Assembly (NCBI GenBank): GCA_002269645.1
Contig: NIVC01000260.1
Location: forward strand, 558,001 to 622,000
Length of the DNA: 64,000 nucleotides
Direction of reading: 5' to 3'
Source: Macrostomum lignano
Taxonomy: Eukaryota
Below, one piece after another: positions 48,635-63,656 of this stretch. The notes beneath the pieces are model-generated. The model ran no database searches. It was not told the DNA's origin and saw only the letters and a list, made by a program, of their open reading frames with translations. Within the stretch, counting starts at the first letter, position 1. The number at the start of each line of letters is the position of its first letter. A program made the position numbers and the translations under genes.

Positions 48635-49341
48635 TCAGTGCAAGCCGAACTTGACCCAGTCGGCGCTCGTCTCGATATCCGCCTCCACCTGAGTGTCGGT
48701 GAACAGCAGCAGGCGGCAGGCTCTCAGCTTGCTGTTGTACAGCACGTGTCTGCAGCTGGCCGCACGCATGCCAGCTGTCACGCAGTGCATTGCGTTCTTC
48801 ACCTGCAGCAGGTCAGCGTGGCAGAACTCGGAGCTGGGGTTACGCTGCGCTTGAACGGAGTCCGCTGCCACAGTTGGCCTGACGGAGACCTCAGTGTTGC
48901 TTTATCGACAAACTCTCAGACTAACCCAGCCAGATTCAGAACTTGAAGAAGACAACACAGCAACGCAGTCCTGGTTGCCGTCTTGGTTATCAGGCTCAGC
49001 CGATGCCCACAGCGAATTGTCCAGCGGCAGGATGCCGTTGAAACTGGCCAGCTGCCAGTCCGACCTGCTCGTGTTTCGCTCATCGGCCAGGTCGGACACT
49101 CCGAGCCAGACCCAGCAGTCGCAGGCGAGTGTCGGCAGTAGCAGAGCCAGCTAGCTGTGCGAGTTGAGCAGCTCGCCACCGATCGATGCGCATCGCCGAT
49201 TCTCTGTGCTCAAGAACACGGCATTGGCCAAACTCGATGCTGAATGGGCTGGGGCAGGACTGGGTCCGCACCAACAGCAACTCGCAACTGCTCAAGCAGC
49301 CCAGAAGCAGCAATACCAGAGGGCACAAAGCTCTGATTCAT
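48635..49341 (-). pseudogene. C-type lectin + PAN-like copy 6 (several frameshifts and deletions)
   Basis: Fragments CPSPFSIEFGQC, SDLADERNTSRSDWQL..EPDNQDGNQDC and CHADLLQVKNAMHC...WVKFGLH lie in different frames. Confidence 0.85.
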
Positions 49342-49451
49342 GCTGCTAGCAATTCTTTTCACCATATCCTATTGGCTCTCCTTTGTTTAGAGCCTGAGGA
49401 CTAAATTATAAATTCAGTGACTATTAACAGTAGCTAAGATGGAATAATCAT

Positions 49452-49688
49452 CTAGAATGTCATGTCGAAAAAAATCACTTGTTCCCGTGGGGACAGAGCA
49501 CAACTTCGCTGCGTAGAAGGCGCCAGCTGAGGACCAATTCTTTGCACAAGATGCTCCGCAGTAGCTGGACTCAGTCGGAATCTTTGTGTGAATTCAGCAC
49601 TGACAGCGAAATTCCGTCTATCGAGGTAAACTCGTGGCTCCCGATGCGGACCGTCTTGTTGGAGGTTATGAAGATAGAGGAAATTCAT
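49452..49688 (-). mobile_element. PIF/Harbinger transposase N-terminal fragment
   Basis: F..RFRLS..T...L...I...L...TQRS.ALSP..Q resembles the HARBI1/Harbinger N-terminus; truncated before the DDE core. Confidence 0.65.
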
Positions 49689-50754
49689 TGACTAACCAGG
49701 GTTGAGGCTGGCTGAAAAACAGCTGCTAGTTTAGCCTTGCTAGTCGACGTCTGCTAGCTTCGTGAAATCAACTCTCCCACCCTCGGCACCCAATCTGACC
49801 TGCTAGCCATAGACAGCTAGACGCTGCTACTGGCTTGGGAGCCAGTCGCTTTGAAAATTATCGAAGAGGCCCCAAACGCTTTAGATTTCGAGACCCGGAT
49901 GTTTCTAGGGCTATATTTTATTCTAGATCCCGATACCAGACTGTACAGATGCGAGCCGAGCAGAAAAACAAGCGCACAGACAATTAGAAACTGAACAGCC
50001 TTTGTGTGCCCCATCATCACCTGCAGTGTTGATGGGCTTGTTCAGTAATATTTCTGTGTGGCTAAACTTATTCGCAAGCTGTTCAATATAAATTTGACAG
50101 TCAGAGTTACTGTACATTTGCAGATTGCCTGTAAACGCTACTACTCACCAAGCTGAGATGCATGATCTGAACATTGTTCAATAGTTTAAGGCCGGAAGTT
50201 CAACAGTTGAATTCGAGGTCTGTCGCAGCTTGAGGAGTTACTAGTAAATTCTGGTGCTCCCACAAGCAAGCAAGTTTCAGAAGCTTTTGCTTCACTTGAT
50301 CTGCGAACTGCTTGGCTTGTTTTTCTGAGAATTGATAATAACTACTAGTAAAAAGTGTCTGAAAGAAAATAAAAAACTGAAGATTGCCGTGCCTGCTTTC
50401 GGCCAATGGCGTCCAACCTCCCAAGGCACGTAGAGTGAGTGAGCAGCATGCTCAGTTTTCCATTTGCATTTAGAGCTGAACTGGGGCGGTCCTGCTTGCC
50501 TGCTCAGAATTCCGAAGGCGATTTGTTTGTCTATGCAGATGGACTGATGGGAGAAATACGCTCGTACAATGCGAATGTTATTAACTTATTTCAGGTTCAT
50601 ATATTGACATTTAAGCTCCGGTTTCAGCTGCCTATTTTCATGCAGCCTGACCAGGGTTTTCCGCTCCAGGATTAATAGCATTCGCTCAAATTTTAGCAAT
50701 AAAGGCTGCGAATATTTCCATGTCGGTTTTTGCAGTCAGTCCATCTTACATGTA

Positions 50755-52612
<1,858 letters not shown>

Positions 52613-52699
52613 GCGTACTGGAGGGAGTCGTGCCAGAGTTACGACGCAGGATGGAGAAATTTAAAGTTGTTTAAACTGGAATAGAATATGTCGAGTCGC

Positions 52700-52845
52700 C
52701 ACACACACCCTCAATAACCCGAGCTAATGGGTGAACTGAAGCAATGCAGAGTTAAGTGTCTTGCTCAAGGACGCAAATTGTTCCAGTGGAGTCGGGAATC
52801 GAACCCTCGACCTTCAAGTTGTTGAGTCCGACGCTCTAACCACTA
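52700..52845 (-). mobile_element. tRNA-derived SINE with a CORE-like central domain
   Basis: Minus strand: CTAGTGGTTAGAGCG (A-box region), GGGTTCGATTCCC (B box), then GTCCTTGAGCAAGACACTTAAC, which resembles the CORE-SINE consensus. Confidence 0.7.
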
Positions 52846-54248
52846 GTATAACTCGCACAACCTAAGAAGACGGTAAAGCAAACTTAAATTACAAAGTTGG
52901 AAACAATTGAAATGGTTTTAATTTTTTTGAAAAATATGCTATATAACTTTGGAGTTGTTTTGGTCTCAGTTGGATCGGTGAAAACTGCTTAGAGACGACT
53001 GCAGAAGTGCTCGGAGATTAGGGGTCATCTGCTCAGGGATTACGCAAAAAAGTGCTGGTGAACCATTGCTAAACTGTAGAAACCAAGGGCTGTCAATGGC
53101 GAGCTTAAACAAAAAAACAGTAGACACTAGACATCCAGACCAGCCAGACTATTGGAAACTCGTCGACTGGGTATTTAAGTTTCAGTTTTTTCATACATAT
53201 AAAAATCAACAGAAAATGATCAACTCTTTAGGACTGCTAGACAGCTCACGGAGTACTGCAGAATCGCATTCTCTTCATGACAAATGCACTGAGAGCTTTA
53301 GCAACAACAGAAAGGTAAATAAAAAGGAAGAAAAGCGCTTTGAGCGTCTTTACTTGTTTTGCAAGCATCGATATTTGCGTAGGAATTTATTTGTTCGCTG
53401 GCTTCTGCTTACTCACCTGTAAGTGGCTTTTAAAAGGCTGATGTAACAAAACTTTTATGCCATAGCAACGCGGACTGGTCGCAAATCAGATACTCGTAAA
53501 TTCCCGACTGTCTACAATGGAAGAGTTTTTTGGTAACTGCGTGCTCTTTGTCTGTGCTCAACATTTAGCGACAATATAATGCAAGTGCTTCTGATTTTAA
53601 GTGCTCAACTGCTCTGGGCTTCAGCTCAGCCGTGCCCCGCTCCGTTCCACCTCGAGGCCGGCAAGTGCCTATTCGTGAGCACAGTTCAGAGCCGCACCTG
53701 GTGCTCAGCAAATGAGCAGTGCAAATCTATCGGAGGCGAGCTCGTCAACTCGCACGACTCCATCAAGCTGCTACTCGGTCGAAATATTTCCAGTGCCAAC
53801 TGCGGCTGCGACCTGTGGATCGGAGTGAGCGACCTGGCCGATGAGAGAGGCGGCAGCAGGGCCGGCTGGCAGAGGGTCAACGGCAACGGCCTGCTCCCGG
53901 ATGACAACTCCATGTACTTATCATACAATCCTACTGGCTCAACAGGAGAAAACTGCCTGCGCATCAGGAGGGATGTCACTCTTGGTGACAAAAGGTGCCA
54001 CTCTGTTCTCGGCTTCGTGTGCGAGTTTGTGAGTGAGACAGCCCGGCACCCTGCTACCGGAGTTTGGAAGGCCGCTGACTTCAAGCGAGAGCTGCACCAC
54101 TCTGTGTACTGCTTCAGCGATGTGCCGAATGTGAGCAGCGCCATGAGGTGCTTGACTTACTTGACTTAGCTGCAGGGCTGTCCCGGAGGGGACACAGCGG
54201 GAAGGCGCGGGCGCCCATTCCGCTAGTCCCTGAACGGCCGACGCGTCG

Positions 54249-57200
54249 CTATGGACGGAGGGTTGGCGCCGCCCAGGGAGGTCCCCCAGTGTCGCCAGCA
54301 GCTATGGTGCTCTCTGGAAAGGAGAGTTCAGCCCTGCGGGTGGCCCGAAGGTAGCGCATGAGCTGATTAAAGTTTTCGGGTTTGCACGCTTCAGTAATAG
54401 ATGTGTGTGGCCCGAGGTAAGTGAGTCTGGCCCGCGTGAAGGCGGGACAGATGCTGACGAAATGCTCAGCGGTTTCGTCACCTGAGTTGCAGAAACTACA
54501 GGTGGCGTTGGTGGCGTTGCCCTGCAGGTACTGGTGCCTGGAGAAGCAGCCGTGACCAGAGAGGGTCATGGTGGCAGCCCGGATGTCTCTGCGCGAGAGG
54601 CGCAAGAGGAGCTTCCGGAGCTGGTGAGAGGGCTGAGGGACAGCGCCTCTGGATTGCCTGCAGTTCGTGCGGTTCGCCCAAGTCGAGCGGTGCTGAGTCC
54701 TGATCCACGCTTTGATGCGCGAGTCGATGACACAGCCAGGAATCGGGACAAGAGGTTCGGGGCCGAGAGAGGAGCCGGAGGCACCAACTTTTGCAAGGGT
54801 GTCAGCGAACTCATTTCCTCGGATCCCCACATGCCCCGGAACCCACTTAAGGGTAATTTTGTTGGCGGAACCCAACACATTGAGGAGTTTGATACAGTCA
54901 AGGACTGTAGCAGAGTTGGTGCTGCAGCCACTGATGGCGTGCAAGGCAGCTTGGCTGTCCGAATGGAAAATGATGTTCTTACCAGTAACGCCAGTGGCGA
55001 GAAGCTCTGCAGTGCAGGAGCTGATGGCCAGAACTTCATTTTGAAAACACTGGAGTTGACCCCAGTGTATTGAGCGTGGGTAGCGATGACCCTCCCGTTC
55101 AGAAAGATTCCAACACCAAAGCCGGTGTTGGCTGACTGCTTAGAACCGTCGGTGTAGCAATGAAGCTCACCAGGGTTCCAATGGTCATTGATGTTATCGC
55201 GCGAGTCGATAGCTACGGAGTAGCGCTGTCTCAGGTTGAGCGTTGAGGCAATGCCATCGGTGAAGACGCGATTGGCCTGACACTCGTTGAGAAAGTTGAG
55301 GCACAGATCGCTATGCGGGACAAGGTTCCGCTTAGCAGGTGCTCTCATGTAAATGAATTTGACGCCGGCATCAATTAGACGCCGCGTCGTTCTAGCCGCC
55401 TCACCCCTGATGAAGAGGTCAAGAGGCGGAAGATTAAGAAAGGCCCCCATGCCAGCAAAGGGCGTGGACCTGGTGGCGTTGCAGATGAGCCTACACGCTC
55501 TGCCTTGGATCGTGTTGAGCAGGTCTGCATGGCTTTTGACCTGGGTAGCGCTAACCCAGACAACAGAGGCGTACGTAATGGCAGGTCTAACTACGGAAGT
55601 ATAGATCCACCAAAGCCGCTTTGGGGATAGACCCCAAGAAGTGCCAAGTGCTCGTCGGAGCTGGGCCAGGATGGCTGAGGCACGCTTAGCTTTTGCTTTC
55701 ACGTGGAAGGACCAGTTGAGCCGGTGGTCAAGTGTGACCCCGAGACATCTGGTCTGGTGCGCGAAGGCAATATCTCTGCCGTAGAGCTGCAGAGGACGTA
55801 TGTTCCAGCGTAGTCTGCTGGTAAACATAATGGCAACGGTTTTGGGCTCAGAGAGTTCCAAACCATTGTCATTGGCCCAGGATTCTGCTTTGCGGATAAA
55901 GCTCTGCATCAGATCCCTGAGCGTGCTGGGAGACGGTCCTGCCACAATGGCCGTGACGTCATCAGCATACCCGACTTTGAAGACGGGGTCAGGTCGGGAG
56001 TCACTCAGAAGAGCGTCCATGACCAGGTTCCAGAGCGTCGGGGTGAGGACTCCGCCTTGGGGTCCACCCTTACAGACTCTGGTGGAGGCAGTTTGCCCAA
56101 GAAGTTGGGCAGTGACCGTACGGTTGGAGATCATGTACATGATCCACCGTATGAGGGTAGCATGAGCTTTGCGATTTTGAAGGGCCCTCTGAAACGCTTC
56201 AAAGATAACGTTGTCGAAGGCGCCAACAATGTCAAGAAAGAGAGCCAGGGCGTAACCGTCACCCAGTACCGCCCGTTCAATCTTTTCGACAATCGCATGC
56301 AGGGCGCTGTCAGTCGACCTCCCGGTACGGAAGGCGTGCTGATTATTGCTGAGGGGCATCGCTGTCAGCTCGCAGGAGAGCAGCCGCCAGAGAATAAGCC
56401 TCTCAGTGAGCTTAAGCATTGCTGACGTTAAGCTAATTGGCCGGAAGGCCTTGACGCTTTGGTAGTCACCCTTCCCAGGTTTGGGAATAAAGACTACTCG
56501 AGCTTCAGTCCAGCTTTTGGGAACGTATCCCAGCTGGATAGAGGCCCGCATAAGATTGCGGGTGAGTCTCAGGAACGAGGGTATCTTGGCTGCTTCACGA
56601 AGGAGAACAGGGTAGATACCATCAGGTCCAGGAGATTTGAAGGGTTTGAAGGTTCTGACCGCACGAGCGATTAGGTCTTCAGTGACAATGCCCGCCGCTA
56701 GGGTGGCTCCATCCATCGAATGGTTGGGCTCCGGTCTAGCAGTAGGTACCCTCGGGAAGAATGTGCTAAGCATATGCTGAAGCACTTCTTCAGGGTCTTT
56801 AGTAAGAGAGCCATCATCTTTTTTGATCATGGCTAATTTGGACATTTTGTCCATTGTAAGGGCCTTGACAAGCCTAGAAGTAGGTCTGTCTTGATCCAAT
56901 TCATTGCAGAATTGGCGCCACTTACATTCCTTGGCCTTGCGCACTTCAGATTTGAAATTGCGGGAGGCTTGCCGGAAAAGCTCCATGTCCTCCGGGTTTC
57001 CGGTCTTCATGGCACGGCGATGAAGGCTTTTGGCCTTCCGCCTGAGTTTCCCCAGCTCCGGGTTCCACCACGGCGCCGAGGTCTTGCCTCTGTAGGCGCG
57101 AGCAGGACAAGCCGCTTCGTAGGCTGCAATAATGCAACCTGTCAGCGTCTCAGCCATATGATCCACATCCTCGCAGGTCTCAATCGGACGTAAGTCCGTG

Positions 57201-57988
57201 AGTTCCTGCAGGTGCAGATCAAGGGCAGCCTTGTAGGCCGCCCAATCAGTGTTGCGGATATTGCGTCTCCAAGTGATCGGAGACTGGGTTTTAGTGTCCG
57301 CGATATTAAAGGCAATAAAGCAGTGGTCAGACAGGGAGGGCTCCTCAGACCAGACTCTCCACTCCTTGACTCTGTCAAAGAGTCTTGGGGTAACGAGTGT
57401 GGCGTCGAGGACCTCGGTCCATCTGCCATTATTAAAGGTAGGAGTGCTGCCGCGGTTGCAGAGCATGAGGTTTGTGTTAGAGATGAGGGCCAGAAGCTCC
57501 TCTCCTCTAGTGTTGGTATCTTTGCTGCCCCAGTGCTTGTGGTGCGCGTTGAGGTCGCCCCCTAAGCACAGCTCAGCGTTCTGGGACTCGCAGTACTGCG
57601 CAAGGCGCAGTAAACTCTCGGGAGCAGGGTCTCTGTCGCCTGGGATATAAACCGAGGCAACAAGACACGTACGCGGAGAGAAATGATTAGATTGGATGAC
57701 GCAAAGGTCTCCATCAGAGAGATCAGTCCTCAGCCAAGCCTGGAGATGGCTAGCAGCGAGGATAGCCGCTCTAGGGCGGCTGTTCCCCGGGCCACACACA
57801 TAAAAATCAGAGTAGCCAGAGGGAATGTTGGGCAACTTACCGTTGCGCATCCAGGGTTCCTGGATCAGGATGAGGCCTGGCCTGTACAGCTCAGCAATCT
57901 TCATCAGATTTACTGACGCAGATACGCAATGCTGTAAATTTATTTGCAGACAGAATGTCGCTCCTTTGGCAGCGTGGAGCTTAGTCAT
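54249..57988 (-). CDS. LINE ORF2: APE endonuclease, RT, RNase H and CCHC finger (one -1 frameshift at ~55045)
   Basis: QINLQH, LIQEPW, GGDLNAHH, LSDH; FLDIVGAFD, PQGGVLTP, YADD; YTDGSK, DSQAAL, KWVPGHVGIRGNEFAD; CSFC..ETAEHF..C. Adding one C (TTC CAA AAT GAA) restores FQNEVLAI. Confidence 0.92.
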
Positions 57989-58011
57989 ACTGTATTAAAT
58001 GCAATATCTGG

Positions 58012-59588
58012 CTAGAGCCCAGGGTCATCAAGGAGACTTGGACAACAGATCGTCCTCGTCCCAGGCCGCTGGGGCTTGACTGGGAGATGGGAGTTGGTCG
58101 ACGTCCATGGCCTCCTCACCCCCACCGGCCCCCCAGCAGACTCCTCAGGCTCCGATGACAGGATGGAGGAAGCTTCCTCACCTGCATCTTTACCTTCAGA
58201 CCCCACCAAGGTGGCCGAGGAGAGCTCGGATTCCGAAGACCCGGCCTCGTCCTCAACTCCTTCTCCGACTGGCAGGTTTGGTTCCCGGGGCTCGGCCGGA
58301 GCCGTTACCGCGGTCGCCGAACTGCTGCTAGCAGAGGGGCGAGATGCAGCTTTGGCTTTGGGATCGGCTTGCGCCTTTCCTTGGGCCTTAGACTGCGCCC
58401 CGCTCTTGCCGGAGATGCCGGGGTTGGCAGTAGCCTTCCCTTTGGCAGACTTTCCTCGGCGCAACTTGAGCTTGAGGGCACCCAGCTGGAAAGAGGATCC
58501 ATTAGGGTACCGACTCGCCCAAGTGCTGGAAAGGCCGAGGACAATTGAGTTGCCCGTCTCCCCCCTGCGGACTTTACGGTGATACACCAGTCCACTAGCA
58601 GGGAGGTCGGGGTTCAGACGCAGTAGGACCCGGCGAATAACGTCTGGTCCAGCTGCGGTGCTCTTAGCAGGGACGAAAACCACATAGGGTATCGTCTTTG
58701 GACGCTGGCCCTCGCGAAGAAAAAGAGCTCCACCAAGGTCAGCATCCAAGGAGACCGTCGGTAGCCGCTGGAGCAGCCGCCGAGCGTCCTCCTCGCTGCT
58801 AGGAGCAATAAGAACGAATGTGCTTCGCAGCACCATCCGCTCAACGCCGATGGAGATTCCCTCCTCGACAGTCAGCTCAACAGATAGGAGTCAACAGCAC
58901 TCCACACTTTTTGAAGCTGATCAGTGGTCCAGTCCTGGTCGCGACCTTGGATGATCACTCCCGGGATTTTGGCCTTGGCCTTCGCCGCAAAGGTAGCTCC
59001 CGAAGGAACCTCCTTGTTGGCAGTGGCCATTTGTTGCGCCGTGGTTTCGGCCTCAGCAGCCGCGGCAGCAGCTCCAGGGAGCGCCGCCGCTGAACTACTG
59101 GAGCTTCCACCGGCCGGCCCGCCTGGTTGCCTTGGGACTCCAGTCGCTTCAGCATCCATGGTGGACGCCGCCGCTTTGGCCCCCGCAGCTCCCTTCTTGG
59201 CCTGCCTTTTGGCGCGTTGTTTAGCGCGTTTGCGCTCAAGCCGAGCCCGCTGAGCTTCATCGGATCTGCCAGATTTGGCCGGTCCTTTAGGCTCAGAGCT
59301 CGCGGTTCCCTTAGATCCACCAGCGGAGCTGGCAGGTCTTAGGGTGTTTTGAGTTTGGTAGCTCTGGTCGGATCTGCCAGCAGAGCCAGCCGGTCCTTCC
59401 TTTGCCACAGTTGAATCAGTCGGTTGGGATCTGCCAGCAGGGCCGGCCGGTCCTTCGGACTGAGGTTGGGGTTTAGAAGGGTCCCCATCCCTAGAAATAG
59501 CTTGTTTATCCATAGTCGGCTCGAAGGCCATGATAGAAGGTTGGTGGGCTACCCTCAAAGGGGCGCGGTACCCACCCGGCCGCTCCAC
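58012..59588 (-). CDS. LINE ORF1 (one frameshift at ~58875)
   Basis: A basic, low-complexity N-terminus (ERKRAKQRAKRQ). ORFs 58872-59588 and 58012-58836 join if one G is added (TTG GAG CTG); the ORF ends 24 nt before ORF2. Confidence 0.7.
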
Positions 59589-60562
59589 CTGACCGGGCAG
59601 TAGGCCAATAGCACCCTCAAGGCTGGCCCGACACCAGGAGGGGGACCGCTTGCGACCGGACTACTCCCCGGCCTTCCAGCCCATCGGCACGGTCAACACC
59701 TTAGGCATTAGAGAGTACGTTGAGCAGTACCACGGCCTGCAGGTTGGCGAGCCAGACCCGCATACCCAAATTCGGCCGAAGCCACTGGATAGGGTCGCCA
59801 GCGCCGGAGCCCAGTCTGTCCAGCAGCCCTAGGGACTGCCTTGAACACACGCGGGGACGAGTACCCTGGGTCGACTTGCGAGACAGCGTGGGGGGGGGGT
59901 CTGCGGCTGCCAGAGGCAAATAGAGGGTGCAGACCTCCCACCAGCCTTGACCTGCTGAAGATAGGGGCAGGCGTGAAGCATCGCAGACCTTAGCCCATGG
60001 GCCTAGTCTGTCTCATACTTCACTGGCATGCTGAATACGCCTTCGCGTGCGCCATGAGGTGCACTGCAGCCGGCATGCGTGCGGCCAGCTGCAGACACAT
60101 GCTGTACAACAGCAAGCTGAGAGCCTGCCGCCATGAAGCATATGAAGCACATGAGGCATAAGAGGGCTTAGCTCTATTAATATCAGGTGTCATCCATGTC
60201 TTGCTGGTATTTGAAATCAAGTTCCTAGGCCTCATGTTACTTTTTTAGTGCACGATCCCTTGTTAGACATCGGGTATGTTTCCCGTGACAACTACTACTA
60301 TAGACAGCGACTGTCACCTTCAGAAATTCCAGTCGTCACGTACTGACGTACTGACGAACTCACGTACTGTATGCGAACCAAGGCAATGACTGAATGGTTC
60401 CTGGTCAATAACAGTTGGTTTGAAACTATTGATATTAATTGCTCCGAATTTTGGAAACGTGGCAATTAACCTAAACCGCTTCACTTGAAAACTACGTTCA
60501 TGTAGACCAGCTAAGTGCCTACTTTATAACCGTAATACTAGGTAATTTATTGTTAGAATCAA

Positions 60563-61295
60563 ATGAAGTCTCTGCTGCTCCTCTGCATCCTGAGTTGTCA
60601 GCTGCTCTGGGCGTCAGCTCAGCCGTGCCCCGCTCCGTTCCGCCTTGAGGCCGGCAAATGCGTGTTCGTGAGCACAGTTCGAAACTATAGCTGGTGCTCA
60701 GCGAATCGGCAGTGCGCATCGATCGGAGGCGAGCTGCTCAACTCGCACAGCTCATTGAAGCTGCTAAGCAGCATGCCGAGTGTCAACTGCGGCTATTTGC
60801 TTTGGCTCGGCCTGACAGACCTGGCCGAGGAGAGAGGCAGGAGCAGGAGGGGCTGGCAGAGTCAACAGCAACGGAATCCTGCCACTGGACAATGCCCTGT
60901 GGGCTTCGGACGACCCTAACAACGAAGGCGGCAATCAGAACTGCATTACTCTGTCAGCTTCAGGCTTTCGAATGTTTTATCTGCACTGCTCAGGCCTGGC
61001 TGGATTTACCTGCGAGTTTGTCGGCGGACTGATATCGCAACCTCTGTCAAGCAGCTCATGGCGGTGGACTCCGTTCAAGCGCACCAGCTACAACCCCAGC
61101 TCCAAGTTCTGCCACGCTGACCTGCTGCAGGTGAAGAACGCCATGCACTGCGTGGCAGCCGGCATGCGTGCGGCCAGCTGCAGACACGTGCTGTACAACA
61201 GCAAGTTGAGAGCCTGCCGCCTGCTGTTGTTCACCGACGCTCAGGTGGAGGAGATGATCGAGACGAGAGCCGACTGGGTCAAGTTCAGCGTGTAG
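60563..61295 (+). pseudogene. C-type lectin + PAN-like copy 8 (one 2-bp deletion at ~60860)
   Basis: CAG A GTC AAC versus CAG AGG GTC AAC in paralogs; correcting it gives one frame through DDPNNEGGNQNC...GFTCEF...WVKFSV. Confidence 0.85.
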
Positions 61296-63656
61296 TGCAG
61301 ACTCCCGATCACTATTTGGCCCATATAATCTCAATCTCGCCAATATGCTGAGAAAGCTGAGAAACACACTGCTACTGTCAAACAAGAACCCAGAGAATAC
61401 AGTGGAAGAATTCTGTAGCAAATTTTTAGTTGCTGTGAAAACCGCGTATGAAGCATACATATATGCACATGCCTGCCAGGCAGCTGTTCAAACGTTCATC
61501 GCTAGATTGGTACCGGAAAGAAGCAGCTGTTGAGGAAAATGAGATGTCAGTCTACTGCAAAACTGAATACAGTGTAACTGACAAGCACTCACAGCTGAAG
61601 AGATGTAATAGGAGCGCTTTCGGCTGCATAGCAACTAAGTTTCACATTCGACAAAAAGTGACAAATGACAATGAGAATGAGCAGATGGTAGAGCTAAAGG
61701 ATAAATTCGCGTCAATTAAATGCGACCTATTTATATCCGTACTACTATCTGCTTCTATTGATACATTTCATGAAATTTTCGTTAGAAAACGTGACGTCAT
61801 ACGTCTGTTGATTAACTTCGATTTTTCTGGGGCTAAATATATGAAATAAAAAGAAATCAATATTTCTGTGAAAAGTAAAACTTCCACTGCATAAAAACTA
61901 TATAAAATATAACAGTGTAACATGTTGACGTGCATGCTAAATTAAAGTAATGGTAATATTCACTGCGCCAGATCAAATGCAATCATTGATTTTGTGATGA
62001 AAAATGATTTTTCCCCTTCTCCCCACTGTATTTTTTTCAGGAAATCGACCAAAAAATTTACACGATCTTTGAGTTTTACGTCCAAGGACTACACAAAATA
62101 CTAGTTGTTTACGTCCTGTTATACTAAAGTGGTCCTTGTGACACATACGAGTGCGCAAACATATGTGACAGTGTAGTTCGTAGAAGTATGTGTACCGTAT
62201 TTCCTTATCTCGCATTCATACCATACTACTTGTATTCTTTAATTTATTTTAACAATATTCTATACGTATTATTATCGCACTTATGTTACTGTAAAGTGCT
62301 TTGTTTTTGTTGTGGATGTTGGTCTTGTAGGTGTTTTTGTCGCCTCGTATATGTATTTATTTTATTATTTGTATTTCATACATACCGTAATTTTTCTCGT
62401 AAAGTAGTTCTATCTATGTACATGTACTGACGTTATGGTATTCTTGCACGATACTCATTAATTTGTACATGTACGTTGCGCATGGGGGGCTTGTCTGGCT
62501 TTTGGATTAGGGGTGTTGTTATCTTATTTGTTTACCTACCAATTAAATATACACTTGCAGTCAGCGGCCGCTCTCTCCCTTCGCACCCTCTGCTTCGCTT
62601 CTCGCTCTAGGCTCGCGAACCCCTTAGCTATCCGGCCTCCTTGCCTCAACTCTCCCGCCGCCTACCTCGGCCCACCAGCCAATGAATCCCGATCTTTGCA
62701 AGGCATAACGATTCAAAGTAACGCTAAGGGTGAAAGCGGCTTGCCGATCTGCTAAATCTAAATCGTGAACTATCCAATTAACCGCTACACAAATGGTCTT
62801 CCCGCCTTTATTCGTCACACATAATACACTAAGCCTCGTCAAAAATTAAAACGGGATCACAGCTGATTGCTAAAACAAGGCTAAGACTACGTATCGCGCC
62901 GTTAAGTGTTGATTTTCAGAATTCTGACGCAAAAAACGCAAATTATACTACTATCTGAAAATGAAGTAAGTAGTATACGAAAACGGTATCCTAAGCGTGA
63001 TATGCGTATATGTAGTCATATATGTACATTAATCTCACATATGTACATTAATTCCATGTACATTAATCCCTATCTATCTCAAATTGGATATGTACATTAA
63101 TTCCATGTACATTAATCCCTATCTCAAATGTCCATGTCTATCCCCAATTCTATATGTACACTTACATTAATCTACAGTGTCATCCCCAGCGCGCGCCGCC
63201 CAAAATTACATGTACAATACTACATGTACGCAGAGGCGAGAATTACTAATCTCATCTACTACCAAATGAGTCAACTAACCGTGTAGCGTACATCATGTAT
63301 AAGTATTTACAATGAAGATATATTTACATTTAATCAGTAGCATATTACAGGAATCAAGACATGTACAGCATCACCAGCAAATAGAATATACAGAAAATTT
63401 TACATTGTTTTTCAATAATTTTCTCTTCATAAATGATTTTAAACAGGTCTGACATGCAAAATATGTACAATAGATTTTTACATTGGCAATTTCGCCACAC
63501 ACAATACAAAAATGCTCTATGTACATTGAATTATATACAGCAAATAGATTCTGATAAATACAGTAGTATTACAATGCAAATTATGTACAATAAATAGATT
63601 TTACTAATTTAATATTGCAAAATGTACATTGAATTGTCAGTCACAACTAGAATACA

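Larger units (their letters stand above)
54152..60048 (-). mobile_element. Full-length non-LTR retrotransposon with APE, RT and RNase H (I-group; Loa/Lian-like)
   Basis: 14-bp TSD GCGCCATGAGGTGC (54138-54151 / 60049-60062); 3' tail CTAAGTCAAGTAAGTCAA; two ORFs and a ~460-bp 5' leader. Confidence 0.93.
53579..60130 (+). pseudogene. C-type lectin + PAN-like copy 7, interrupted by a LINE (coding 53579-54151, resumes 60063-~60130, then truncated)
   Basis: MQVLLILSAQLLWASAQPCPAPF...SSAMRC | TAAGMRAASCRHMLYNSKLRACR; the last ~25 codons are absent. Confidence 0.9.

Noticed and set aside
52770-52845. tRNA genes here and at ~11935-12003
   Set aside because: A and B boxes are present but there is no closed acceptor stem or cloverleaf; both continue into SINE bodies.
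53579-60130. Diversity-generating retroelement (C-type lectin fold next to an RT)
   Set aside because: The RT belongs to a LINE with APE, RNase H and a TSD; there is no TR/VR pair with adenine-restricted differences.
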